The position numbers were made by a program, and so were the translations under genes. Under the pieces are notes generated by a model. The model saw only the letters and a list, made by a program, of their open reading frames with translations. It did no database searches and had not been told where the DNA came from. From Nocardioides sp. (GTDB lineage Bacteria > Actinomycetota > Actinomycetes > Propionibacteriales > Nocardioidaceae), in NCBI RefSeq assembly GCF_031397825.1, contig NZ_JANNML010000056.1:5225-69224 (forward strand): 64,000 nucleotides of DNA, read 5' to 3'. Below are positions 27,555 to 35,916 of the stretch, one piece after another (the first letter of the stretch is position 1; each line of letters opens with the position of its first letter).

Positions 27555-28454
27555 GTGCGCGTGGCGACCGATTACACCGACGACCTCAGGCTCGCGCACG
27601 TGCTCGCTGACGATGCCGACTCCCTGACCACCGCTCGGTTCAAGGCACTCGACCTGCACGTGATGAGCAAGCCCGACCTGACCCCGGTGACCGATGCCGA
27701 CCAGGCCGTCGAGGAGGGCATCCGGCGCACCCTCTCGCGGGTCCGCTCGCGTGACGCGGTGACCGGCGAGGAGACCGGCTCGACGGGGCACAGCCAGCGC
27801 CGCTGGATCGTCGACCCGATCGACGGCACCAAGAACTTCGTGCGCGGCGTGCCCGTGTGGGCGACCCTGATCTCGCTCGTCGTCGACGAGGAGGTCGTGC
27901 TGGGGGTCGTGTCGGCGCCGATGCTGCAGCGTCGGTGGTGGGCCTCGGTCGGCAACGGCGCGTGGACCGGCCGGTCGCTGCTCAAGGCGACCCAGTGCCA
28001 GGTCTCCGACGTACGACGCCTCGAGGACGCCTCCCTCTCCTACGCCTCGCTCCACGGCTGGGACGAGCGCGGCCGCCTCGACGACTTCGTCTCGCTCATG
28101 CGGCGCTGCTGGCGCACCCGCGCCTACGGCGACTTCTGGTCCTACATGCTCCTCGCCGAGGGTGCCGTGGACCTGGCGGCCGAGCCGGAGCTGGCGGTCT
28201 ACGACATGGCCGCCCTCGACATCATCGTGCGCGAGGCCGGGGGCCGCTTCACCTCCCTCGACGGCTCCGACGGCCCCTGGGGCGGCAACGCGATCGCCTC
28301 CAACGGCCACCTGCACGACGCAGCCCTGTCGTTCCTCGGCGCCTCCGCCGGCGGCGGTGACGACGACCCCGACTGGCGCCAGCCCGGCTCCGCGTCGGTC
28401 TCCGACCTCAGCGCCCACCGGCGCCCACGGCCCGACGCCCCGCTCGCCGACTGA
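27555..28454 (+). CDS. hisN: Histidinol-phosphatase, inositol monophosphatase family
   Basis: DLTPVTDAD, GEE and WIVDPIDGTKNF motifs; N-terminus DDLRLAHVLADDADSLTTARF is typical of actinobacterial HisN. Confidence 0.85.
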   Translation: MRVATDYTDDLRLAHVLADDADSLTTARFKALDLHVMSKPDLTPVTDADQAVEEGIRRTLSRVRSRDAVTGEETGSTGHSQRRWIVDPIDGTKNFVRGVPVWATLISLVVDEEVVLGVVSAPMLQRRWWASVGNGAWTGRSLLKATQCQVSDVRRLEDASLSYASLHGWDERGRLDDFVSLMRRCWRTRAYGDFWSYMLLAEGAVDLAAEPELAVYDMAALDIIVREAGGRFTSLDGSDGPWGGNAIASNGHLHDAALSFLGASAGGGDDDPDWRQPGSASVSDLSAHRRPRPDAPLAD

Positions 28455-28507
28455 CCAGCAGCGGACGACCCTGGTCAGGGTGACGCCCCACGAGTAGCGT
28501 GCCTCGC

Positions 28508-28939
28508 ATGCACATCGGCGACATCCTCCAGGCCAAGTCCTCCCAGGACGTCGTGACGATCGCGCCCGGGGCGGGGGTGCGCGAGCTGCTGGCCAGTCTC
28601 GCCGAGCACAACATCGGCGCGCTGATCGTCAGCGCCGACGGCACCAGTCTCGACGGGATCGTCAGCGAGCGCGACGTCGTGCGCCACCTGCACAGCGACG
28701 GCACGGTCATCAACAACACCGTCGACGCGATCATGACCTCGGTGGTCGAGACGTGCTCGTCGGGCGACGACCTCGACGGGGTCATGCAGACCATGACCGA
28801 GCGCCGCTTCCGCCACATCCCCGTCGTCGACGACGGCACCCTGGTCGGCATCATCAGCATCGGCGACGTCGTCAAGCACAAGATCGGCCAGCTCACCTTC
28901 GAGCGCGACCAGCTCGACCACTACGTCCACCAGACCTGA
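28508..28939 (+). CDS. CBS-pair domain protein
   Basis: Two CBS motifs (HNIGALIVS...GIVSERDVVRHL and RRFRHIPVVDDGTLVGIISIGDVV). An alternative GTG start lies at 28499. Confidence 0.85.
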   Translation: MHIGDILQAKSSQDVVTIAPGAGVRELLASLAEHNIGALIVSADGTSLDGIVSERDVVRHLHSDGTVINNTVDAIMTSVVETCSSGDDLDGVMQTMTERRFRHIPVVDDGTLVGIISIGDVVKHKIGQLTFERDQLDHYVHQT

Positions 28940-28947
28940 CCGCCACC

Positions 28948-29874
28948 GTGCCGGGCCACTCCCTCGCGAACCGCGTCGTGCTGGTCGCCGGCGCCACGCG
29001 CGGTGCCGGCCGGGCTATCGCGGTCGAGGCGGCCCGGTCCGGCGCGTTCGTCTACGCGACCGGACGCAGCAGCCGGCGCGAGGGTCCCTCCGAGATGGAG
29101 CGTCCCGAGACCATCGAGGAGACCGGCGACCTGATCGAGGCCGCCGGGGGCCGGGGCGAGGCCCTGGTCGTCGACCATTTGGACCAGGCCGCCGTCCGCG
29201 ACCTCGTGGACCAGATCCGCAGCGACCGGGGTCGCCTCGACGTCCTGGTCAACGACATCTTCGGCGGAGACCGCTACGCCCAGTGGGGCACGCCCCTGTG
29301 GGAGCACGACCTCGCGGGCGGCCTCCGGATGCTGCGGATGGGCATCGAGACGCACCTGCTCACGACCACGCTCGCCATGCCGCTCCTGCTGGAGACCGGT
29401 GACGCGCTGCTCGTCGAGGTCACCGACGGGACCTCGGAGGTCAACGCGGTCCGGCGCCCCGGCGTGGGGTTCTACTACGACCTGGTCAAGGCCACCGTCG
29501 ACCGCATCGTCACGGGTCTCGCCGACGAGACGGCAGCACTTCCCGTGACCGCGCTCGGTGTCACGCCCGGCTGGCTGCGCTCGGAGCAGATGCTCGACGG
29601 CTTCGGCGTCACCGAGGCCACCTGGCGCGATGCCTGCGCCCAGGAGCCCGGCTTCGCGATCTCCGAGTCGCCGACCTACGTCGCCCGTGGGCTCGTCGCG
29701 CTCGCCGCCGACCCCGACCATGGCCGCTTCGCCGGCCAGGTGCTCACCGCCCGGCAGCTTGCCGAGACCTACGACGTCACCGACACCGACGGCTCCCGGC
29801 CCGACTGCTGGGGCCTGATCGCCGAGCACGGTTGGTCAGAGGACTCCCCCGAAGTGATCGCCGGCTTCCGCTGA
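28948..29874 (+). CDS. SDR family oxidoreductase
   Basis: VAGATRGAGRAIA cofactor motif. GTG start at 28948; the upstream part of the 373-aa ORF overlaps the CBS gene out of frame. Confidence 0.8.
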   Translation: MPGHSLANRVVLVAGATRGAGRAIAVEAARSGAFVYATGRSSRREGPSEMERPETIEETGDLIEAAGGRGEALVVDHLDQAAVRDLVDQIRSDRGRLDVLVNDIFGGDRYAQWGTPLWEHDLAGGLRMLRMGIETHLLTTTLAMPLLLETGDALLVEVTDGTSEVNAVRRPGVGFYYDLVKATVDRIVTGLADETAALPVTALGVTPGWLRSEQMLDGFGVTEATWRDACAQEPGFAISESPTYVARGLVALAADPDHGRFAGQVLTARQLAETYDVTDTDGSRPDCWGLIAEHGWSEDSPEVIAGFR

Positions 29875-30147
29875 CGTGACAAGGCTCTCCCCGTGGAACA
29901 GCACCGTCCTCGAGACCACCCCCGACGACCTCCTCGACCCGGTCGAGTTCCCGATCTACGGCGGGCGGATCATCGAGGCAACCCCGAGAAGGACCCGGCC
30001 GTGCTCGCCGGTCACCTCTGTGACCTGCACAGCAGCGCGACCGCTTCCGCCACCAGGTCACCGCCGACTGAGGATCCGCCCGGGGCTTGGTTAGTCTCGA
30101 CCGACCACATCGCCAGCTCCACCACCAGCACCACCGAGAGGACCTCC

Positions 30148-30516
30148 ATGGACAAGCCTGAGATCGACTTCTTCGACCCCGAGCCGCCGACCGACCTGGT
30201 CATCACCGACGTCACCGTGGGCGAGGGCGCCGAGGCCGCCGCCGGCAACACCGTGTCGGTGCACTACGTCGGCGTGGCGCACTCGACCGGCGAGGAGTTC
30301 GACGCGTCCTACAACCGCGGCGAGCCGCTGCAGTTCCGCCTCGGCATCGGCCAGGTCATCTCCGGCTGGGACACCGGCGTCCAGGGCATGAAGGTCGGCG
30401 GCCGTCGCCAGCTCGTCATCCCGCCGCACCTCGGCTACGGCGACCGTGGCGCCGGTGGCGTCATCAAGCCGGGCGAGACGCTGATCTTCGTCGTGGACCT
30501 GCTCGAGGTCCGCTGA
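30148..30516 (+). CDS. FKBP-type peptidyl-prolyl cis-trans isomerase
   Basis: VHYVGVAHSTGEEFDASYNRGEPLQFRLGIGQVISGWDTGVQGMKVGGRRQLVIPPHLGYG is a classical FKBP core. Start at MDKPEIDF. Confidence 0.95.
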   Translation: MDKPEIDFFDPEPPTDLVITDVTVGEGAEAAAGNTVSVHYVGVAHSTGEEFDASYNRGEPLQFRLGIGQVISGWDTGVQGMKVGGRRQLVIPPHLGYGDRGAGGVIKPGETLIFVVDLLEVR

Positions 30517-30558
30517 CCCCCGGGTCACGCACACCGCACCACGACGCACGACACCGCT

Positions 30559-30587
30559 GAGGCCGGTCCCCGCTGGGGGCCGGCCTC
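30559..30587. terminator. Bidirectional GC hairpin between the convergent FKBP and S4-domain genes
   Basis: GAGGCCGGTCCCC-GCT-GGGGGCCGGCCTC, nearly perfect 13-bp arms. Confidence 0.6.
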
Positions 30588-30592
30588 GCGTG

Positions 30593-30838
30593 TCACCAGG
30601 GCAGGTTGTCCGGCACGTCCCCGCTGGCGACGCGGGCGGACTGGCCCGCGAGGGCGACCACGTCGCCCTGGGCGAGCTGGCGACCACGACGGGTCTCGAC
30701 CTCGCCGTTGACCCGCACCTGCCCCGACGCGATGAGCGGCTTGGCCTCCGCGCCGCTCTCGACGAGGTTGGCGAGCTTGAGGAACTGCCCGAGCCGGATC
30801 GACTCGTCACTGATCGGGACGTCCAGGGGCTCGCTCAT
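30593..30838 (-). CDS. RNA-binding S4 domain protein (YbcJ-like)
   Basis: 81 aa; IRLGQFLKLANLVESGAEAKPLIASGQVRVNGEVETRRGRQL is S4-like. Confidence 0.8.
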   Translation of the reverse strand: MSEPLDVPISDESIRLGQFLKLANLVESGAEAKPLIASGQVRVNGEVETRRGRQLAQGDVVALAGQSARVASGDVPDNLPW

Positions 30839-30843
30839 GACCG

Positions 30844-32142
30844 CTAGTGAACCAGCAGCGAGACCGCGTGGATGAGGACCCCCACGAGGCCACCCACGAT
30901 GGTGCCGTTGATCCGGATGAACTGCAGGTCACGACCGACGTGGAGCTCGATCCGCTCGGCTGCCTCCTTGCCGTCCCAGCGCTCGATCGTGTGGGTGATG
31001 ACCGCGGTGACCTCCTCGCCATAGCGCTCGACGGCGAACACCGCGATGTCGCTGGCCCGGGTGTCGATCCGCTCGCGCAGCGCCGCGTCGGCGGAGAGCC
31101 GCTCGGCGAGCGAGGAGACCTCCAGCATCAGGCGTCGTCGTACGGCGCCCTCGGGGTCCTGCAGGGAGGCGGTCATGGCACGACGCAGGGCGTTCCACAG
31201 CGACACGCTCGAGGCGAGGACGGAGGGGTGGTCCAGGAGGCGGTCCTTGAGCCGCTCGGTGCGGGCCTGGGTGCTGGGGTTGTCGAGCAGGTCGCGCGCC
31301 AGCTGGGTGAGCATCGAGTCGAGGGCCTGGCGTGCATGGTGGCGCGGGTCGGAGCGGATGTCGGCCACCCACTTCACCATCTCCAGGTGGACGCGGGCGG
31401 TGACCCGGAGGTTGAGCCCCGGCGGCGCCCACCAGGGCGCGCGCTCCCCCAGCACCTCCTGGACGGTGTCGGGATTGTCCTGGAGCCAGCCGTGGAGCTC
31501 GGCGAGCGCGAGGTCGACGAGGCCGTGGTGCAGGTCGTCGTGGAGCGCCTCGGCGAGCAGGCCGCCCAGCAGCGGCGAGATCGGCTCCTCACGGAAGCGG
31601 GGCACGAGCGCGTCGTGGACCAGGCTCTCGATGTGGTCGTCGCGCACCTTGGAGAGCGCGATGGCGGCGACCTCGGCCACCTCGTCGACCACGCGGCGGG
31701 CGTTGTCGGTGTCGGAGAGCCAGACCCCCACCCGCTCGGCGACCCGCGCCGAGTCGATGCGCTCACGGATGATGTCCTCCTGGAGGAAGTTCTCCCCCAC
31801 GAACTCCTCCAGGCCCTTGCCCAGCTCGTCCTTGCGACGTGGGATCAGGGCCGTGTGCGGGATGGGGAGCCCCAACGGGTGCCGGAAGAGTGCCGTCACG
31901 GCGAACCAGTCGGCGATCGCCCCGACCATGGAGGCCTCGGCCCCGGCGTTGACGAAGCCCCAGAAGCCCTCGTCACCGATGGTGAGCACGTAGACGGCCG
32001 CGGCGAGCAGCAGCAGCGACACCGCGACGGTCCGCATGCGCCGCAGTGCGCTGCGGCGCAGGGCGTCGGCGGCGGGGTCACCGGCCGCGAGGGCGCTGGG
32101 ACGCGGGGGCGAGGACGGCGCGGTCGTGGACATCGACGCCAT
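30844..32142 (-). CDS. DUF445 family membrane-associated protein
   Basis: GAIADWFAVTALFRHPLGLPIPHTALIPRRKDELG motif and a C-terminal TM segment GTIVGGLVGVLIHAV. Confidence 0.8.
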   Translation of the reverse strand: MASMSTTAPSSPPRPSALAAGDPAADALRRSALRRMRTVAVSLLLLAAAVYVLTIGDEGFWGFVNAGAEASMVGAIADWFAVTALFRHPLGLPIPHTALIPRRKDELGKGLEEFVGENFLQEDIIRERIDSARVAERVGVWLSDTDNARRVVDEVAEVAAIALSKVRDDHIESLVHDALVPRFREEPISPLLGGLLAEALHDDLHHGLVDLALAELHGWLQDNPDTVQEVLGERAPWWAPPGLNLRVTARVHLEMVKWVADIRSDPRHHARQALDSMLTQLARDLLDNPSTQARTERLKDRLLDHPSVLASSVSLWNALRRAMTASLQDPEGAVRRRLMLEVSSLAERLSADAALRERIDTRASDIAVFAVERYGEEVTAVITHTIERWDGKEAAERIELHVGRDLQFIRINGTIVGGLVGVLIHAVSLLVH

Positions 32143-32201
32143 CCTTGCCTACCCGACCACGTGCGCGGCTCCCCCTCACGGGCGTGCGAGAATCTGGCCC
32201 C

Positions 32202-32612
32202 ATGTCCACCGACGGGCCGCGCACGGTCATCACCTTCGGCACCTTCGACGTCTTCCACGTCGGACACCTCCGCGTGATCGAGCGCGCCGCCGCGCTCGGC
32301 GACCGCCTCGTCGTGGGGGTCTCGGCCGACGAGCTCAACCTGCGCAAGAAGGGCCGCGAGCCGGTCTTCAGCCAGCGCGAGCGGCTCGAGATTGTGGCCG
32401 CCCTCAAGCCGGTCACCGAGGTCTTCGTCGAGGAGAGCCTCGAGCTCAAGCGTCACTACATCGAGCACTACGGCGCCGACGTCCTCGTGATGGGGGACGA
32501 CTGGGCCGGCAAGTTCGACGAGTTCGGCGACATCTGCGAGGTCGTCTACCTCACCCGCACTCCCGCCATCTCCACCACTGCCCTGATCGAGAAGATCTCC
32601 GCGGGCAGCTGA
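32202..32612 (+). CDS. Glycerol-3-phosphate cytidylyltransferase-like (TagD family)
   Basis: TFGTFDVFHVGHLRVIERA...VMGDDWAGKFD...CEVVYLTRTPAISTTALIEKI is collinear with B. subtilis TagD. Confidence 0.85.
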   Translation: MSTDGPRTVITFGTFDVFHVGHLRVIERAAALGDRLVVGVSADELNLRKKGREPVFSQRERLEIVAALKPVTEVFVEESLELKRHYIEHYGADVLVMGDDWAGKFDEFGDICEVVYLTRTPAISTTALIEKISAGS

Positions 32613-32623
32613 GAGGGCGTTTG

Positions 32624-32642
32624 TCCCCCCACGTCGGGGGGA
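32624..32642 (+). terminator. Hairpin TCCCCCC-ACGTC-GGGGGGA after the cytidylyltransferase gene
   Basis: 7-bp G/C stem, 12 nt after the stop codon. Confidence 0.5.
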
Positions 32643-32710
32643 GGCTCCGCACGAACCCGGACCGCCGCTCCCGCGGCCGGGGCATCTCGAGATCGAGGGG
32701 AACCACCTCC

Positions 32711-34279
32711 ATGCGTCGCACCATCGCCGCCGTCGTCGTGGCCATGAGCACGGCGGTCACCGTCCTGCCCGTGGTGTCCAGCCAGGCGGCCACGACCACC
32801 GCCACCCCCACGGCCACCACCCGGACCGCCGCACCGATCGCCCCGGCGGTCGTCGACGACTCGCCGGGCGCCGTGCTCGACCGCGCGGTCCGCGCCCTGC
32901 GGGGCACCGGCTCCGAACGCGCCGCCTCCCCGCGCCCGGACGCCACGCTCGCGCTCACCGACCTCTACGCCGTCCGCTCGCGACTCAGCGGCGACGACCG
33001 GCTCCGGGCCGACGCGCTGCTGGCCCGGCCCACCGACGGCGGAGGTGACCCCTTCGGCGACGGCTACAGCACCCGCTCCACCCAGAAGTGCTCCCCCGTC
33101 GTCTGCCTGCACTGGGTGCGCTCCTCGGCAGACGCTCCGCCCAGCGACCGATGGGCGAAGAAGTCGCTCGCGACGATGAACAAGGTCTGGAAGCTCGAGG
33201 TCGGCAAGCTCGGCTACCGCCGCCCCGTGGCCGACCGCGGGGTCGGGGGGAACAAGAAGTTCGACGTCTACCTCAAGGAGCTCGGCAGCCGCGGCGTCTA
33301 CGGCTACTGCGCCCCCGAGTACCGCGCACCGGGCAGCAAGTTCGTCGCCTCTGGCTTCTGCGTCCTCGACGACGACTTCGCCAAGGCCCAGTTCGGCGCC
33401 CCGCCGGCGCAGAGCCTCAAGGTGACCGCGGCCCACGAGTTCTTCCACGCGATCCAGTTCGCCTACGACTACCACGAGGACAAGTGGCTCCTGGAGTCCA
33501 CCGCCACGTGGATGGAGGAGCGCTTCGCCGACGCCGTCGACGACAACCGTCAGTACCTCGCGGCCGGGCAGGTCCGCAACCCCGGCATCCCGCTCGACGT
33601 CTTCAACCCCGACGGCCTGACCCACTACGGCAACTGGTCCTTCTGGGAGTACCTCACCCAGCGCTACGGCAACGCCCTGGTCAAGAGCGTGTGGGTGCAG
33701 GCCGGAGCCTTCCAGGGCGCCGGCAACCTCTACTCCACCAAGGCGCTCAAGAAGGTGCTCGCTCGTCGGGGCGGCTTCACCGGCGTGTTCCGCTCCTACG
33801 CCGCCGCCAACGCGATCGCGTCCAAGGCCTACCGTGAGGGCAGGGCGTGGCCGTCGGCCCGGATCAAGAAGACCTTCATCCTGGGCAAGGCCTCGCGTCG
33901 CGGCGTCACCTCCACCCGCATCGACCACATGGCCGCCAACCACGTGGTCTTCCGACCGGGCTCCTCCCTCAAGGGCAAGCGCTGGAAGCTGCGGGTCGTC
34001 GTGGACGCCCCCAACCGCGCCTCCGGCAGCGCGGCCTACCTCATCGTCAAGAAGCGGAAGGGTGCCTGGACGAAGAAGCCGATCACGCTGACCCGCAAGG
34101 GCGTCGGCTCGGCGAGCTTCACCTTCAGCCGCAACGCCGTGCAGAGCGCGATCGTGACGCTGGTCAACGCCAACACCAGCTTCCGCTGCTTCAAGCGGCA
34201 GCCGTTCTTCTCCTGCCAGGGCGTCCCCACGGGGGACAACCGCAAGTTCGTCGTCAAGGGCCAGGTCCTACGCCGCTGA
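32711..34279 (+). CDS. Secreted putative zinc metalloprotease (HExxH)
   Basis: Signal peptide MRRTIAAVVVAMSTAVTVLPVVSSQA and the motif AAHEFFHAIQFAYD. The C-terminal roughly 150 aa is beta-rich. Start at ATG 32711; the upstream part of the 747-aa ORF is shadow. Confidence 0.75.
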   Translation: MRRTIAAVVVAMSTAVTVLPVVSSQAATTTATPTATTRTAAPIAPAVVDDSPGAVLDRAVRALRGTGSERAASPRPDATLALTDLYAVRSRLSGDDRLRADALLARPTDGGGDPFGDGYSTRSTQKCSPVVCLHWVRSSADAPPSDRWAKKSLATMNKVWKLEVGKLGYRRPVADRGVGGNKKFDVYLKELGSRGVYGYCAPEYRAPGSKFVASGFCVLDDDFAKAQFGAPPAQSLKVTAAHEFFHAIQFAYDYHEDKWLLESTATWMEERFADAVDDNRQYLAAGQVRNPGIPLDVFNPDGLTHYGNWSFWEYLTQRYGNALVKSVWVQAGAFQGAGNLYSTKALKKVLARRGGFTGVFRSYAAANAIASKAYREGRAWPSARIKKTFILGKASRRGVTSTRIDHMAANHVVFRPGSSLKGKRWKLRVVVDAPNRASGSAAYLIVKKRKGAWTKKPITLTRKGVGSASFTFSRNAVQSAIVTLVNANTSFRCFKRQPFFSCQGVPTGDNRKFVVKGQVLRR

Positions 34280-34412
34280 GGACACCCCCCAGGCGCATCG
34301 ACGCCGCTCGGGGCAGGTCTGGACCACCGCGAGGCCTGGCCGATCATCCGATCGGTCAGGCTTCGTTGTTTTCCCCAACATAGGGGATGCGGGTCCGGTA
34401 ACTTGCTCCGCT

Positions 34413-35039
34413 GTGATGGTGATCCACCCGCCCCGGAAGCGACCGCTCTCGCGCTACCAGCGCGACGCGCGGATCGGCTACGGCGCCCTGTGCGTCAGCG
34501 CCGTCGCCTTCGTGATGGTGCTGGTCGCCTCCTTCGTGGTCATCAAGGTGGCGCCCGACCTGGACCTCGGTGTGCCGTCGGCCCTGGCGCCGGCCCAGGC
34601 GGTCGTCAAGCACCCGGCGCTGACCCCGGTCGCCGCGCGCACTCCCCCGAGCCAGGAGACCGCCAGCCCGGCGGTCGACCCGGCCATCATCTCGGCCGCG
34701 ACCGGCGACCAGGCTCCCGTGACCCCCGGCGGCACCGACCCGGGCACGGTCGAGCCGGGACCGGTCGACCCCGTGGACCCCGTGGACCCGGGCCCGGTCG
34801 ACCCCGTGGACCCCGTCGACCCCGAGCCGGTCGATCCCGGCCCCGAGCCCGACCGACCCGGCCCCACCTCCGGCCTCGTGGACCCCGTGGTCGAGGGCGT
34901 CACCGGGACGCTCGACCAGGTCACGGGGGGCGCGACGGAGCCCGTCACCGGTCCGGTGGGCGGGCTGACCGACGACGTCACCGACACCGTCGACGGTCTC
35001 GTCGGCGGCCTGGCCGGCGGATTGCTCGGCACCCCCTGA
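34413..35039 (+). CDS. Membrane-anchored Pro/Val/Asp-repeat protein
   Basis: N-terminal TM segment GALCVSAVAFVMVLVASFVVI, then a low-complexity region (PVDPVDPVDPGPVDPVDPVDPEPVDPGP) and a G/T/D-rich tail. Coding GC3. Confidence 0.6.
   Translation: MMVIHPPRKRPLSRYQRDARIGYGALCVSAVAFVMVLVASFVVIKVAPDLDLGVPSALAPAQAVVKHPALTPVAARTPPSQETASPAVDPAIISAATGDQAPVTPGGTDPGTVEPGPVDPVDPVDPGPVDPVDPVDPEPVDPGPEPDRPGPTSGLVDPVVEGVTGTLDQVTGGATEPVTGPVGGLTDDVTDTVDGLVGGLAGGLLGTP
34761..34841 (+). repeat. In-frame tandem repeat, 33-nt unit x about 2.5 (encodes PVDPVDPVDPG)
   Basis: Units start at 34761, 34794 and 34827 (CCGGTCGACCCCGTGGACCCCGT.GACCC...). Confidence 0.85.
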
Positions 35040-35105
35040 CCCTCAGGTAGGCGCCCTCGCGGCCGATGAGGTCCTCACGGACACACCGGAGACGGGGAGG
35101 CACCC

Positions 35106-35912
35106 ATGAGGCACCACGACGTCCCGCGAGCAGCGGGACCGGCACTCGCCGCCCCTCTCGCCCCGCTCGCGATGGTCTACGGCGGAGGCGGGGTCTTCGG
35201 GATCAGCTACACCGCCGGGGTCGCGGCCGGGCTGGCCGCAGCGGGTGTGCCGGTCGCCACAGCGCCCGCCCTGGGCACCTCGGCCGGGTCGTGGACGGCG
35301 TCGGCGATGGCGCTCGGCCTCACCTACGACGACCTGGCTGCGCTGGAGGTGCCGTCCCTGCCGACGCGGCGACCCGGCGTCCTGGCCGACATCGCGCGTG
35401 AGGCCTTCGGGGAGGCCCGGCACTCCCTGGTGTCGGCCTCTGCCCTGTGCCTGCGCACCGCGCGCCGCCACCTCCTCGACGGCGGCCGCCACGCCCTGGC
35501 CGACCTGGTCGCCGCCTCGTCGGCCGTGCCGGGGCTGCTGCCGCCGCACCGTGTCGACGGCCGGCTCTACCTCGACGGCGGGATGTGGTCCGCCACGTCC
35601 GTCGACGCCGCGGCCCACGCGGCCCACGTCATCGTGGTGGCCCCGCTGTCAGGCGTCGTCCTCGGCCCTCTGGGGCGCACGACGGGCTTCCTGCTGGAGC
35701 GCGAGATGCGGCGCTGGCGGGTGCGCCACCCCGAGAGCGAGACCACGCTGATCCGCCCGTCGCGCGACATGGCACGGATCGCCGGCATCTTGCCGACCGG
35801 CCTGTTCGACAAGGCGCGGGCGACCGACCTCTACCCCGTGGCCTTCGAGCAGGGGCTGCGGCGCGGACACCTGCTGATGGGCACGACCGCCGTGGCCCGG
35901 CCGGCCGCCTGA
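35106..35912 (+). CDS. Patatin-like phospholipase
   Basis: GGGGVFG oxyanion motif, GTSAG (GxSxG) and LYLDGG (DGG). An alternative start lies at MVYGGGG (35172). Confidence 0.85.
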   Translation: MRHHDVPRAAGPALAAPLAPLAMVYGGGGVFGISYTAGVAAGLAAAGVPVATAPALGTSAGSWTASAMALGLTYDDLAALEVPSLPTRRPGVLADIAREAFGEARHSLVSASALCLRTARRHLLDGGRHALADLVAASSAVPGLLPPHRVDGRLYLDGGMWSATSVDAAAHAAHVIVVAPLSGVVLGPLGRTTGFLLEREMRRWRVRHPESETTLIRPSRDMARIAGILPTGLFDKARATDLYPVAFEQGLRRGHLLMGTTAVARPAA

Positions 35913-35916
35913 CGGG

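Noticed and set aside
34340-34387. Hairpins CCGATC-atcc-GATCGG and TCCCC-aacata-GGGGA downstream of the metalloprotease gene.
   Set aside because: The stems are short (5-6 bp), and the T-tract precedes rather than follows the second hairpin. They are not convincing as a terminator or an RNA element.
34761-34841. Short tandem repeats considered as a possible CRISPR array.
   Set aside because: The repeats are contiguous with no spacers. They are in frame within a coding sequence and encode a PVD peptide repeat. No cas genes are present anywhere in the window.
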